Below, in pieces: positions 26,255 through 35,725 of a stretch of 64,000 nucleotides of DNA. The notes beneath the pieces were generated by a model that worked only from the letters and a program-made list of their open reading frames with translations, was not told where the DNA came from and searched no databases. The first letter of the stretch is position 1; every line of letters begins with the position of its first letter. The translations under genes and the position numbers were made by a program. Source of the stretch: Candidatus Lustribacter sp. (GTDB taxonomy: Bacteria > Vulcanimicrobiota > Vulcanimicrobiia > Vulcanimicrobiales > Vulcanimicrobiaceae); NCBI GenBank assembly GCA_965277805.1, contig OZ255842.1, positions 3,360,001 to 3,424,000 of the forward strand, given 5' to 3'.

Positions 26255-26299
26255 GTCACCTCGGCGCAGGTCTTCCGTTACGCCGGCCGGGCCAACCTG

Positions 26300-27184
26300 C
26301 TACGCCGGCGCAGGCGCCGTCCAGATCGTGCCGTCGGCAAAGCGAATGGCATCGACGCCGGCGGTGATCCGTGCGACGTACTGCGCCGCATCACCCCAAC
26401 CGAGCCACACCGAACCGCCGTTCATCACCACGCCGCGAAAGGTGATGCGCGTGGATGTATTGAGCGTCGAAATCGCGCCGTGCGGATACGCGCCGCGCAC
26501 GAGCGCGGTCTGGTGCTGGATCGGGTTGCCGTCGCGATCGTAGAACGTGTAGGCGAATTGGATCGCGTCGATGCGCTTCTCGTTGTCATTGGCAAACGAC
26601 AGCGCCGTGTCCACGCGATCGTAGAGGCTGTTGGCGCGCTGCGAGACGATGCGCAAGATGCGAATGTGCGCGGCATCGGTGCTCGGATCGTGCGTCGTTT
26701 GCGGCGGTAGCGCGGACGTCTCGCGCGTCTTGCCCTGCCACTTCGATCCGTCGGCGAACGTCGCGTCGTCGACCGAAACCAGGATGTGCGCGATCGGCTC
26801 GTAGAGATTCGTGTCCTGATCGCCCGCGTAGAGCACCGATCCCGATGCGTAGCTCGGAAAGTGCGCGCTCGCGGCGCGATCGTGGACGATCGCAACCTGC
26901 GGCGCGAAACGCCCGCGGGTCGAGGTGTGCTCTTCGCCGATTGCGGCGCCGTTGCCGTCGATGAGCAGATAAGTGAATTCGATCGACGTTGCCGCTGCGG
27001 CCGCGTGATTTTCGAAGGTGAGTCCGGCATCCGCCGTGCTGCTCAGGATCTCGATCGGCGACGCGCCGCTCGCGGGACCCGACGTCTCGTCCGTCCCCGC
27101 CGGCGCCGGCGCGGTGGTGAGCGCAGCACATGCCGCCAGAGCAACCAAGAGAGCGGCTAGTCGGCGAACGCCCATGCACGGCAT
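26300..27184 (-). CDS. Secreted hypothetical protein with two internal repeat domains
   Basis: Signal peptide; two units IEFTY...D.NG...RG.F...VD..TFADGSKW and IQFAY..YD.DG...RG.Y...VD..RFADGTIW. Confidence 0.7.
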   Translation of the reverse strand: MPCMGVRRLAALLVALAACAALTTAPAPAGTDETSGPASGASPIEILSSTADAGLTFENHAAAAATSIEFTYLLIDGNGAAIGEEHTSTRGRFAPQVAIVHDRAASAHFPSYASGSVLYAGDQDTNLYEPIAHILVSVDDATFADGSKWQGKTRETSALPPQTTHDPSTDAAHIRILRIVSQRANSLYDRVDTALSFANDNEKRIDAIQFAYTFYDRDGNPIQHQTALVRGAYPHGAISTLNTSTRITFRGVVMNGGSVWLGWGDAAQYVARITAGVDAIRFADGTIWTAPAPA

Positions 27185-27199
27185 GGGCAGCCTATACCC

Positions 27200-28156
27200 T
27201 TATAAGCGCCCCATGGCGGAGGGCGCGAGGATCTCTTTCGCGTCGAAGCCTTTGTCGATGACCTTGTACTTCGCTTGAAGGTCGATGACGGGTTGGAAAT
27301 CGGCCGGGTCGAGATGATCGCCGAACGGCGCCCGCGCCGCGTGTTCGAGCACGGCTTGATCGACGCCCGAATACGCCGCCAGCAACGGCAGCATCTCTTG
27401 CGGATGCGCGTTCGCATAGCGCGACGCTTCGGCCATCGCCTGCGCGAAGCGGTGCACGACGTCCGGGTTTTTGGCAGCGTACGACGCCAAGCCCCACCAC
27501 GGCGCGATCATGAACTTCTGGGCCACCGCATCGTAGGGCTTACCGAACAAACGCACTTTGCCCGTTTCGAGCGCGACGGTGGCGTTGGGGCTCTGCAACG
27601 TCATCGCATCGATGCGGCCCGCATCCAACGCCGCGACCATCGCCGTCTGCGGAATCTCCAGCACCTTAATGCTCGACCAATCGCCGCCGTGCTGTTCGAT
27701 CCAGGCCTGCGTTGCGGTCGCGTTGAGATCGCCGCGGGCGATCGCGAGTCCGAACGTCTTGCCATTGAGGTCGGCCGCCGTTTTGAACGGCGCGTTCTTG
27801 CCGACCAGGATCATGCCGTACGGAACCGTCTCGGAGGCGTTGAACACCGGGCCCGCTGCGAACATCTGCATCGGAATGCCGTGGGCGTAGGCGGTCACGA
27901 CCGAAAACGCGCTGCCGCTGCCGATGTCGGCCGAACCGCCCACAACGGCGGCCACGATCGCGGCGCCGCTGTTCATCTGCGCGTGCACGACGTCCAAGCC
28001 GTACTTGCGAAAGAGCCCGACCTTCTCGGCGTAGACGGCCGGGCCCGGTGCGGTTCCGGCGGTCGAGACGAGCGTCACCTTCGTGAGCGCTTGTGCGCCG
28101 GCGCGACGCGGTAGCGCCAGCGCCGAGAGCGCAAGCAACGCGGACGAACGCTTCAT
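27200..28156 (-). CDS. ABC substrate-binding protein, SsuA/NMT1/THI5 family
   Basis: MKRSSALLA signal; GLFRKYGLDV, ADLNGKT, WIEQHGGD and ALDAGRIDA. Confidence 0.88.
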   Translation of the reverse strand: MKRSSALLALSALALPRRAGAQALTKVTLVSTAGTAPGPAVYAEKVGLFRKYGLDVVHAQMNSGAAIVAAVVGGSADIGSGSAFSVVTAYAHGIPMQMFAAGPVFNASETVPYGMILVGKNAPFKTAADLNGKTFGLAIARGDLNATATQAWIEQHGGDWSSIKVLEIPQTAMVAALDAGRIDAMTLQSPNATVALETGKVRLFGKPYDAVAQKFMIAPWWGLASYAAKNPDVVHRFAQAMAEASRYANAHPQEMLPLLAAYSGVDQAVLEHAARAPFGDHLDPADFQPVIDLQAKYKVIDKGFDAKEILAPSAMGRL

Positions 28157-28158
28157 CG

Positions 28159-28620
28159 TCAAGCGGTGAAGAACTGTCCGGGTAGCGGGATCATCTCGAC
28201 TTGCTTGTTCTCGGCAGACTTGCCGTCGAACGGCCGGCCGTCGGGAAACGCGCGGCCGTCGCGGGGCCACTGTTCGGCCGCGCCGCTGCGCAGCATCACG
28301 AGATTTTCCGGCGCGCTGCTGACGAACCAGTAGCACACCTCGCGCGGAATCATCACGCCCTCGTATTTGGTGAGCACCTTGACGGTGTCTTCCGTGCCGA
28401 TGTGAAACGTCGCTTCGCCCTGCAACACGATGAACGAGTGATCCTCGTATTTGTGCATGTGCAGCGCGTTCTCACCGCCAGACGCGTAGACTTTCACGGT
28501 CAGCTTGAGCAGATCGGTCTTGGCTACGTGGTTGTCGAACCGGCCCTGCGCGAGCAGCGGGGAATCGAGATTGAAGAATTGCGCCTGGGGCGTGGTTTTG
28601 ACGTCGGTCTCAACGGACAT
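28159..28620 (-). CDS. Cupin-domain protein
   Basis: GGENALHMHKYEDHSFIVLQGEATF; GAGGAG upstream of the ATG at 28620. Confidence 0.85.
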   Translation of the reverse strand: MSVETDVKTTPQAQFFNLDSPLLAQGRFDNHVAKTDLLKLTVKVYASGGENALHMHKYEDHSFIVLQGEATFHIGTEDTVKVLTKYEGVMIPREVCYWFVSSAPENLVMLRSGAAEQWPRDGRAFPDGRPFDGKSAENKQVEMIPLPGQFFTA

Positions 28621-29740
28621 ATGCGTTCTCCTCGAGTCGGTCGGCCAGTCCGTAGAGACGGATGGCATTGTCGCGAATAAGTTTGTTCTGGAGGTCCTTC
28701 GGCAGGTTGCCGATGTGATGGATCACGTTCTCGCGCGAGTGCGGGAACGTCATGTTCGGGTGCGGGTAGTCGTTGGACCACATCAAGTTGTCATGGCCCC
28801 ACCACGAGAACTGGCGCGTACCCGAGAAGTCCTCGAGCCACGTGCAGTAGACGTGTTCGTTGAAGATCTCACTCGGCAGGCGCGTAATGCCGAGGTCTTC
28901 CTTGGCGCGGAAGCGCTCGAAATAGTAGTCCCATTGCTGCAGCACGAACGGCAGCCAGCCGCATTCGCTCTCGGCCAGGACCACGCGCAGCTTCGGGTGC
29001 CGGTCGAACACGCCCGAGAAGATGAGGTCGAAGAGCGCGTTGATGGTATCGTTCTGTTTCTTGTTGACCGCGCCGCGGATTTTCTCCGAACCCTTGAGGC
29101 TCTTCATCGTACGCGCGTACGAGTGACCGGTGAGGATGTGCATGTGCACCGGAGCGCCGGCCTCGGCTGCCGCTGCCCAGAGCGGTTCGTAATGACGCGA
29201 CGTAAACGGCAGCGCCGCATCCGGCACTTGCCAGATCATTGCGCCGGTGAGGCCCAGATCGAGGCCGCGGTGCAATTCTTTGACGGCCGCGTCCATGTCG
29301 TACGACGCGATGCACGTCACGCCGAAGAAATGCTTCGGCGCGGTCCGGCAAAATTCGGCCAGCCAGTCGTTGTACACCGCGAACGCGGCTTGCTGCGTTG
29401 CACCGTCGTCGAGTCCGAAGATCGCCATGCCGTCGTTCGGAAAGAGAATTTCGGCTTCGACGCCGTCGCGCTGCTGGTCGGCGAGTCGCGCCAGCGGATC
29501 GCCCGATCCGGCGGGCTGGTTCGTGGTTTTGAAGCCGACGAGGCCGACCAATTCCAAAACCGGCGCGCGGAACGGATCCGGTATCCGCTGCCACAAGTCG
29601 CTCGGCTCCATGACGTGCGAATCGGTCGAGATCAAGAGCGGCAGCGCGTTCATCGCGGCACGATCCGCAGCGCTCAGTTCGCCGAGCGCGGCCAGCGTAC
29701 GGGCTTCGGTCGCGTCGGTCTCGGGATGCATCATGTTCAT
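28610..29740 (-). CDS. Amidohydrolase_2 family metal-dependent hydrolase/decarboxylase
   Basis: ISTDSHVMEP, YNDWLAEFC, PVHMH, AESECGW and WSNDYPH. Confidence 0.9.
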   Translation of the reverse strand: MNMMHPETDATEARTLAALGELSAADRAAMNALPLLISTDSHVMEPSDLWQRIPDPFRAPVLELVGLVGFKTTNQPAGSGDPLARLADQQRDGVEAEILFPNDGMAIFGLDDGATQQAAFAVYNDWLAEFCRTAPKHFFGVTCIASYDMDAAVKELHRGLDLGLTGAMIWQVPDAALPFTSRHYEPLWAAAAEAGAPVHMHILTGHSYARTMKSLKGSEKIRGAVNKKQNDTINALFDLIFSGVFDRHPKLRVVLAESECGWLPFVLQQWDYYFERFRAKEDLGITRLPSEIFNEHVYCTWLEDFSGTRQFSWWGHDNLMWSNDYPHPNMTFPHSRENVIHHIGNLPKDLQNKLIRDNAIRLYGLADRLEENAYVR

Positions 29741-29810
29741 CGTTTAGCGCCCATCCTCTCACCCGTTATCGCACAAGGGACCTGAAATCTCCCGCGAAAG
29801 GACGCGCTTC

Positions 29811-30785
29811 ATGCCGCTTCGCCGCAGTGACTTCGCCAAACTCGCCGGAATCGCCGCACTGACGGGCCTCGCCGGCGGGCCCCAGACGGCGGCGGCGCAA
29901 GACCTTCGCACCGTGCGCATGCTCTCCGTCCCTTCCGACGGATCGAAGGCGCTGCTTTACGCGCAGCAAGCGGGACTCTTCCGCAAGCACGGCATCCAAG
30001 CCGACGTCCAGCCGCTGGGCAGCGGCGCGGCCATCTTCGCAGCGCTGCTGGGCGGCTCGGCCGAGTTCGGCGCCGGCAGTCTCTTTCCGGTCTTCAGCGC
30101 GTACAACCACAACGTGCCGCTGCGCATCATCGCGCCGATTTCGCTATATGAGAGCGCGCAGCCCGACTCGGTGCTGCTCGTGCATAAAGACTCGCCGATC
30201 CGCTCGCCGCGCGATCTGAGCGGCAAGAGCATGGGCGGCAACACGTCGACCGACATCTACGTTGCCGCAACGCGCGCATGGGTCGATCAAAACGGCGGCG
30301 ACGGCAAGTCGATCCGCGCGATCGAGCTGCAGCCCGCCGAGCAACTCGCCGCGCTCGAGGCCGGCCGCATCGATGCCTGCGTGCTGAAAGCCCCGCTCTT
30401 CACCGTCGGCCTCGACTCGGGCAAACTTCGGATGCTGGGCAAGCCGCTGGATGCGATCGGACCGCGCTTTCTGCTTTCGGCCTGGGTTGCGACCGTCGAC
30501 TACATCGCAAAGAATCCCGATATCGTCAATGCCTTCGTCGCGGCCTGCGGCGAGGCCGCGCGCTACACGAACGCGCACCCGCTCGAAACGATCAACTTGG
30601 TCGCAACGTTTTCCGGACTCGATCCGGCGCTGCTGCAGCACAGCGTGCGCTCGATCACGGCCGATGCGATCACGCCGGCCGACGTGCAGCGGCCGCTCGA
30701 TTTCGCCTACAAGTACGGGATCATCGACAAACCGTTCGATGCGAGCGCGGTGCTCGCCGCCAGCGTTCCGATTTCGCGGCGTTAG
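29811..30785 (+). CDS. ABC substrate-binding protein, SsuA/NMT1 family (Tat-like signal)
   Basis: LRRSDFAK signal; GLFRKHGI, DLSGK, WVDQNGGD and ALEAGRIDA. Confidence 0.88.
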   Translation: MPLRRSDFAKLAGIAALTGLAGGPQTAAAQDLRTVRMLSVPSDGSKALLYAQQAGLFRKHGIQADVQPLGSGAAIFAALLGGSAEFGAGSLFPVFSAYNHNVPLRIIAPISLYESAQPDSVLLVHKDSPIRSPRDLSGKSMGGNTSTDIYVAATRAWVDQNGGDGKSIRAIELQPAEQLAALEAGRIDACVLKAPLFTVGLDSGKLRMLGKPLDAIGPRFLLSAWVATVDYIAKNPDIVNAFVAACGEAARYTNAHPLETINLVATFSGLDPALLQHSVRSITADAITPADVQRPLDFAYKYGIIDKPFDASAVLAASVPISRR

Positions 30786-30788
30786 GGC

Positions 30789-32435
30789 ATGTGGCACGAG
30801 GAAACGGACGTCGTCGTCGTCGGTGCCGGCGCGATGGGGCTTCCGGCGGCGATCGCTGCGCGCGAGGCCGGCGCGTCGGTAATCGTCGTTGAGGCCGAGG
30901 CCGACATCGGCGGCCACGCCATGGTCAGCGGCGGCAACGTTCCGCTCGGCGGCGGCACGAGCGCGCAAAAGAAATACGGGATCGAGGACACGCCGGATCT
31001 CCTGTTCCAGGATCTGACCGATTGGTCGATCGTCGAGCCCAACGGGCATCCCGATTACCGCTACAACGATCGCGAGATCGTGCGGGCCTTCGCCGATGCC
31101 AACGTCATGACGTTCGATTGGCTCGTCGGCCACGGCGTCGTCTTCGTCGATAAGGAGCCCGACACGCGCGGCGGCAACGCGATCGGCAACTCCGCGCCTC
31201 GCGAGATGCACGCCGCCGCAATGGATTGGCCGTTGGCGCAAACGGGCCGGCCGGCCGCCGCCGATGTCGCCGCCACCCTCTCGACCGGCAACGGTCTGAT
31301 GCGTCCGCTCGAAGTTGCCGCGCGCAAGGCGGGCGTGCAAATCTTGCTCGAACACCGCATGACGGCGATCCAACGCGAAGCGCCGCTCGCCGGCCGCGTG
31401 CTCGGGATCACCGTTACACACGCCGGCGAGACGCGCAACATCCGGGCACGCAAAGGCGTGATCGTCGCAACGGGCGGCTCGCAGGGCAACATCGAGTTCC
31501 GGCGCATGTTCGATCCGCGTCTGACCGAAGAGTACTGCGGCCTTGCCGGGATGCCGTGGTCGGATCAAGACGCGAGCGGCGAGCTGGCCGCCATGGCGGT
31601 CGGCGCGTCGCTCTGGGGGCTCGCGAATCAGGTCGGCGAATTCGGCTGGCCGATCACGAAACCCGGACTCATCGGCTGCCAGTACAACTACGTCAACCTC
31701 CAGTGGATGCCCGGCAGCCCGGTCTTTCACAAAGCGCGCGCGTCGGGTCTGCGCGTGAAGGACTGGCACGACGTCATCCTCGTGAACATGCTCGGCCGGC
31801 GCTTTTACGATGAGACGGGGCCGCACTTTTCCGCCAACAACTACGGCTCGGTCGATCCATACGAGCCGCTCAGCTACCGCAACGCACAGAACGTGCGCTA
31901 TGCACCCAACAACTGGCTGAACGCGGCGCTGGCGGGCATCGGCGAAACTCGCAACGGCGGCGGGCCGATCTGGGCGATTTTCGATGCGGCCGCGGTCGAA
32001 CGCGAAGCCTGGGATCCGCAACCGCCGAACGTCGATACCGCGGCCGGCTTCTTCTTCAGCGCAAACACCGTCGCCGAACTCGCCGCGGCAATCGCGATGC
32101 CGTATCAACGCGTGGCGATGCCCGCCGGCGAGCTCGAAGCGACAGTGACTCGTTACAACACCTTCGTCGACTCAGGCGTAGACGACGATTTCGGCAAACC
32201 GGAACCGCAGTATAAGATCGAGACGCCGCCGTTCTACGCCGCTTGGGCAACACCGGTCGTGCACGATTCGCGCGCCGGCGTGCGCATCAATGCAAAGTGC
32301 GAAGTGATCGACTTGCACGGTGACGTCATTCCGGGGCTCTATTGCGGCGGCGAATCAGCCGGTGGCTTCAGCCAGCACGGGCTCGCGCGCGCACTATGTC
32401 AGGGGCTGATCGCCGCGCGGAACGCGCTTACGTGA
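30789..32435 (+). CDS. FAD-dependent oxidoreductase (FAD_binding_2; fumarate reductase/KstD/TcuA-like)
   Basis: DVVVVGAGAMG, KGVIVATGG, VNMLGRRFYDE, PPFYAA and IPGLYCGGESAGG. Confidence 0.88.
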   Translation: MWHEETDVVVVGAGAMGLPAAIAAREAGASVIVVEAEADIGGHAMVSGGNVPLGGGTSAQKKYGIEDTPDLLFQDLTDWSIVEPNGHPDYRYNDREIVRAFADANVMTFDWLVGHGVVFVDKEPDTRGGNAIGNSAPREMHAAAMDWPLAQTGRPAAADVAATLSTGNGLMRPLEVAARKAGVQILLEHRMTAIQREAPLAGRVLGITVTHAGETRNIRARKGVIVATGGSQGNIEFRRMFDPRLTEEYCGLAGMPWSDQDASGELAAMAVGASLWGLANQVGEFGWPITKPGLIGCQYNYVNLQWMPGSPVFHKARASGLRVKDWHDVILVNMLGRRFYDETGPHFSANNYGSVDPYEPLSYRNAQNVRYAPNNWLNAALAGIGETRNGGGPIWAIFDAAAVEREAWDPQPPNVDTAAGFFFSANTVAELAAAIAMPYQRVAMPAGELEATVTRYNTFVDSGVDDDFGKPEPQYKIETPPFYAAWATPVVHDSRAGVRINAKCEVIDLHGDVIPGLYCGGESAGGFSQHGLARALCQGLIAARNALT

Positions 32436-32742
32436 GTACGCGCAAAGCCGCGTCGATCGCTTCATTCGAAGGGTCCCAGTCGCCGCGGCCGGCCGGGGTG
32501 AGATCGAGCAAACTATAAGACGGCGTCAGCAAATCGATCCCGCGCCCACGATCCTCGAGGACCGGGTGCGCGGTGTACGTATGACGGTCCCGGGCGAACG
32601 CCGGCCCGTCGTCCGAGAGCAGGCGCAGGCGACTCCACTCACGATGCGCGGCCCACTCGCGCAAGCGCTCCATGGGAGGAACGAACGGCCCCGGTGGCAA
32701 GTTGCGGCGCATTGCGGCAACCGCTTCGATACGATCGCGCAA
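32428..32742 (-). pseudogene. DUF899-like gene with large internal deletions
   Basis: N-terminal EAVAAMRRNLPPGP is joined directly to ERLREWA..REW.RLRLLS, followed by HTY and RGIDLL.P..LLDLTP.GR; the central region expected in the family is absent. Confidence 0.6.
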
Positions 32743-32746
32743 CCGG

Positions 32747-33379
32747 CTAGCGCTGAACCGCCTCGGCGTTCGGAATCCGCTGCAGCCACGGCTGTTTGTC
32801 TTTCATCTGCTGCTCCCAATCGATAATCGACGGTAACGCGTCCAACGTCAGGCCGATGTCATCGAGTCCGCGCAGCAGCGCATCCCGTTCGGCGGGCGCA
32901 ATCGAGAACCGGTACGTCGCCGGGCCCGGTCCGGCGATCGTTTGCGCGACGAGGTCGACGGTGCATGGCGTCGCTCCGTCGGCGGTAACGACCGCGTCTT
33001 CGAATGCGGCGGCATCGCCGGCATCGAGCGAGATCGGCAGCAAGCCGTTCTTCAGGCAATTCTCGCGGAAGATGTCGGCGAACGAGCGCGCGACGACGAC
33101 CCGGATGCCGAAGCCCAATAGCGCCCAGACGGCGCTCTCGCGCGAACTTCCCGAACCGAAATTGTTGCGCGCGACGAGCACGGCAGCGTGGCGAAACGGC
33201 GCGCGGTTGAGGACGAAATCCGCATTCTCCGTACCGTCCGTCGTGCGGCGCCGGCGCGAGAACAGCAGTTCCGCGTAGTCCGGTTTGAAGGCCGCGGTCG
33301 CCGGCGCGATCTGATCGGTGTTGATATCGTCTTCCAAGAGCGGGGCGGCTGCGCCCGTCACGCGATCAAACGGCTGCAT
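32747..33379 (-). CDS. leuD: 3-isopropylmalate dehydratase small subunit-like
   Basis: DINTDQIAP, NFGSGSSRESAVWAL, SFADIFRENCLKNGLLP and LLRGLDDIGLT. Confidence 0.9.
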   Translation of the reverse strand: MQPFDRVTGAAAPLLEDDINTDQIAPATAAFKPDYAELLFSRRRRTTDGTENADFVLNRAPFRHAAVLVARNNFGSGSSRESAVWALLGFGIRVVVARSFADIFRENCLKNGLLPISLDAGDAAAFEDAVVTADGATPCTVDLVAQTIAGPGPATYRFSIAPAERDALLRGLDDIGLTLDALPSIIDWEQQMKDKQPWLQRIPNAEAVQR

Positions 33380-34802
33380 CGTTCACATTCTCCCATCCAC
33401 CCGCCCGCGTTACGTCGACGATGCGTCCGGCGATCGCCGCGGCCGCCGCCATCGCCGGCCCGACCAAATGCGTTCGCACGCCGGGACCTTGGCGATTCTC
33501 GAAGTTCCGGTTGCTGGTGGCGACGCTGCGTTCGCCGGGCTTGGCCAAGTCGCCGTTCGCCCCAGCGCACATCGAGCAGCCCGACTCGTGCCACTCGAAG
33601 CCCGCGTCGAGAAACACGCGGTCCAGACCGCGCTTTTCCGCCTCGCGCTTTACGCCCGACGATCCGGGCACGACGATCGCGCGCACGCGCGCCGCGACTT
33701 GCCGTCCGCGCGCGACGGCCGCTGCAAGTTCGAGATCCTCGATGCGCGCGTTCGTGCACGATCCGATGAACACCCGATCGATGACGAGTCCGTCAACCGG
33801 CGTTCCCGGCGTCAGGCCCATATACGCGAGCGCGCGTTCGATCGCCGGCGCGCGCTCGGGGTCCGCGGTCGCGGGATCGGGAACGACGCCGTCGATGCCG
33901 ACCACCTGGCTCTGGTCCGTACCCCAGGTGACTTGCGGCGTCAGCGTGCTGCAGTCGACGTGCACTTCGCGGTCGAACTCCGCACCCGGATCGCTCGCGA
34001 GTTCGCGCCACGCTGCGAGCGCGGCATCGCGATCCGCGCCTTGCGGCGCGAGCAGGCGGCCGTCGACGTAGGCGATCGTCTTTTCATCGGGCGCAACGAT
34101 GCCGGTGCGCGCGCCGAATTCGATCGTCATGTTGCACAACGTGAAACGCGCCTCGACCGATAGCGCGCGCGTCACGTCGCCCGCATACTCGACCATGAAG
34201 CCGCGGCCGCCGGCCACGCCGATCATGCCTATGAGGTGCAAGATCACGTCTTTCGCCGTAACGCCGTCGCGCAGCGTACCGTCGAGCCAGATGCGCATCT
34301 GCTTCGGCTTTTGCATCGCGACCGTTTGCGTCGCGAGCACGTGCTCGAGTTCGCTCGTACCGCAGGCAAACGCCAGCGCACCGAGACCGCCGACCGTGCA
34401 AGCGTGGCTGTCGGGACACGCGTACGTTGAACCCGGCAATACGAGACCGAGTTCGGGCGCGATGACGTGCGCGATGCCTTGCTCGGCGTCGCCGACGTCG
34501 AACAGGCGAAAGCCGTAGCGTTGGGCGCCCGCTCGCATGCCTTGCGCGAATTGCAGCGACTTCGGATTGGTCGCATCGGTGCGGCCCGGCGTCGTGGCCG
34601 GCGAGTGATCGAGCACGCCGAACGTGAGGTCGGGCCGCCGGACGGTGCGCTGCGTTTGCTCGAGCTTCGCGTAAGCGTGCGAGCCGTGCAAGTCGTGCAC
34701 GACGTTGCGATCCATGTAGATGATCTCGCGACCGTCGCCGCGCACGCCGGCGCGATGCGCATCCCAGATCTTGTCGAGTAACGTCTGCGGCGAAGTGGTC
34801 AT
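33366..34802 (-). CDS. leuC: 3-isopropylmalate dehydratase large subunit-like (aconitase family)
   Basis: TLLDKIWDAH, DSHACT.G, TLCNMTIEFGA, FIGSCTNARIEDL, GCSMC and TSNRNFENRQG. Confidence 0.92.
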   Translation of the reverse strand: MTTSPQTLLDKIWDAHRAGVRGDGREIIYMDRNVVHDLHGSHAYAKLEQTQRTVRRPDLTFGVLDHSPATTPGRTDATNPKSLQFAQGMRAGAQRYGFRLFDVGDAEQGIAHVIAPELGLVLPGSTYACPDSHACTVGGLGALAFACGTSELEHVLATQTVAMQKPKQMRIWLDGTLRDGVTAKDVILHLIGMIGVAGGRGFMVEYAGDVTRALSVEARFTLCNMTIEFGARTGIVAPDEKTIAYVDGRLLAPQGADRDAALAAWRELASDPGAEFDREVHVDCSTLTPQVTWGTDQSQVVGIDGVVPDPATADPERAPAIERALAYMGLTPGTPVDGLVIDRVFIGSCTNARIEDLELAAAVARGRQVAARVRAIVVPGSSGVKREAEKRGLDRVFLDAGFEWHESGCSMCAGANGDLAKPGERSVATSNRNFENRQGPGVRTHLVGPAMAAAAAIAGRIVDVTRAGGWENVNDAAV

Positions 34803-34814
34803 CGCGCTACGTTC

Positions 34815-35219
34815 TCACCGCGTCTTGGGCGCCCCTATGGCAAGAAAGGCAGCGGCTGCGCGCTTGGGCGCGCGCGACAACCAACTCTCGACGAGCAAGC
34901 CGCGCAATTCAGCCGCTGAAATCTTAGCCAGGATCACGAGCACGGCCGGATAGCCGTCGAAGTGCGAGGTCGTAAAGAACGCGCGCGGGTTTGCGGCCAG
35001 CAACGCCTCTTTCATCTCCAAATCCGCAGTGCGAACTCCCAGAATCGCGCCGCCGGGAGCGCGCTTACCAAGCTCCGCGAGGTCCGACTTCCGCAACGGC
35101 CGCTCCCAAGCGAACGATTTGCCGTGCACCGTCCACGTCGCGCTCTCCCCGCTCGTGTTCTTTTCCGCCGTGTCCGGGAGTCCGAGTGCGATCTTCCGGA
35201 CGTCACGCCACGTTGCCAT
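34815..35219 (-). CDS. MmcQ/YjbR family protein
   Basis: MATWRDVRKIALGLP, FAWERPLRKSD, FFTTSHFDGYPAVLV and ESWLSRAPKR. Confidence 0.85.
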   Translation of the reverse strand: MATWRDVRKIALGLPDTAEKNTSGESATWTVHGKSFAWERPLRKSDLAELGKRAPGGAILGVRTADLEMKEALLAANPRAFFTTSHFDGYPAVLVILAKISAAELRGLLVESWLSRAPKRAAAAFLAIGAPKTR

Positions 35220-35259
35220 CGTTCGTTTCCTTTCGCGATCGAGGGGAAAGAGTGTGCTC

Positions 35260-35682
35260 ATGCGCGCCTTTCGAACGAACGTCATTCCGGCCATGCTCGG
35301 CGTCGGCCTCATGCTCGCGGGTTGCAGCCAACATACGGAAAAGACGGCCGAGCGGTCCGTCTCGCCGCTGATCGGAACGTGGACGCGCGACGGCAACACC
35401 CCCCGAGGGACCGGAGGCAGCGGGCCGCAGTTCACAAAGCTGACCTTCGCCGCCGATGGATCGCTCAATGCCGACTACGTCGCCGGCGGCATCGGCGCGG
35501 CCATCGGCAGTTCGCCGAGCGTCAAGACGGAGAACGATACGTACGCGACGCCCGGCGGCTCGAAGCTGAGCATTGCGGAAGGCACCACTCACCTGGCCTA
35601 CTCCTATCGCGTGAGCGGGTCGAAACTCTATCTCACACCGCTCGGCGGCGGCGATGCCGCGGTGTTCACCAAAGCCGGATAA
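35260..35682 (+). CDS. Putative lipoprotein
   Basis: LGVGLMLAGC lipobox; LIGTW beta-barrel-like start; GAGGGG upstream. Confidence 0.7.
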   Translation: MRAFRTNVIPAMLGVGLMLAGCSQHTEKTAERSVSPLIGTWTRDGNTPRGTGGSGPQFTKLTFAADGSLNADYVAGGIGAAIGSSPSVKTENDTYATPGGSKLSIAEGTTHLAYSYRVSGSKLYLTPLGGGDAAVFTKAG

Positions 35683-35725
35683 CCAATCGCAGGCTCGGAT
35701 ACACCGGTCCGGTAAACGTATACCG

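Noticed and set aside
30144-32108. 654-aa ORF antisense to the SBP and flavoprotein genes
   Set aside because: Shadow ORF; the plus-strand genes carry clear family motifs.
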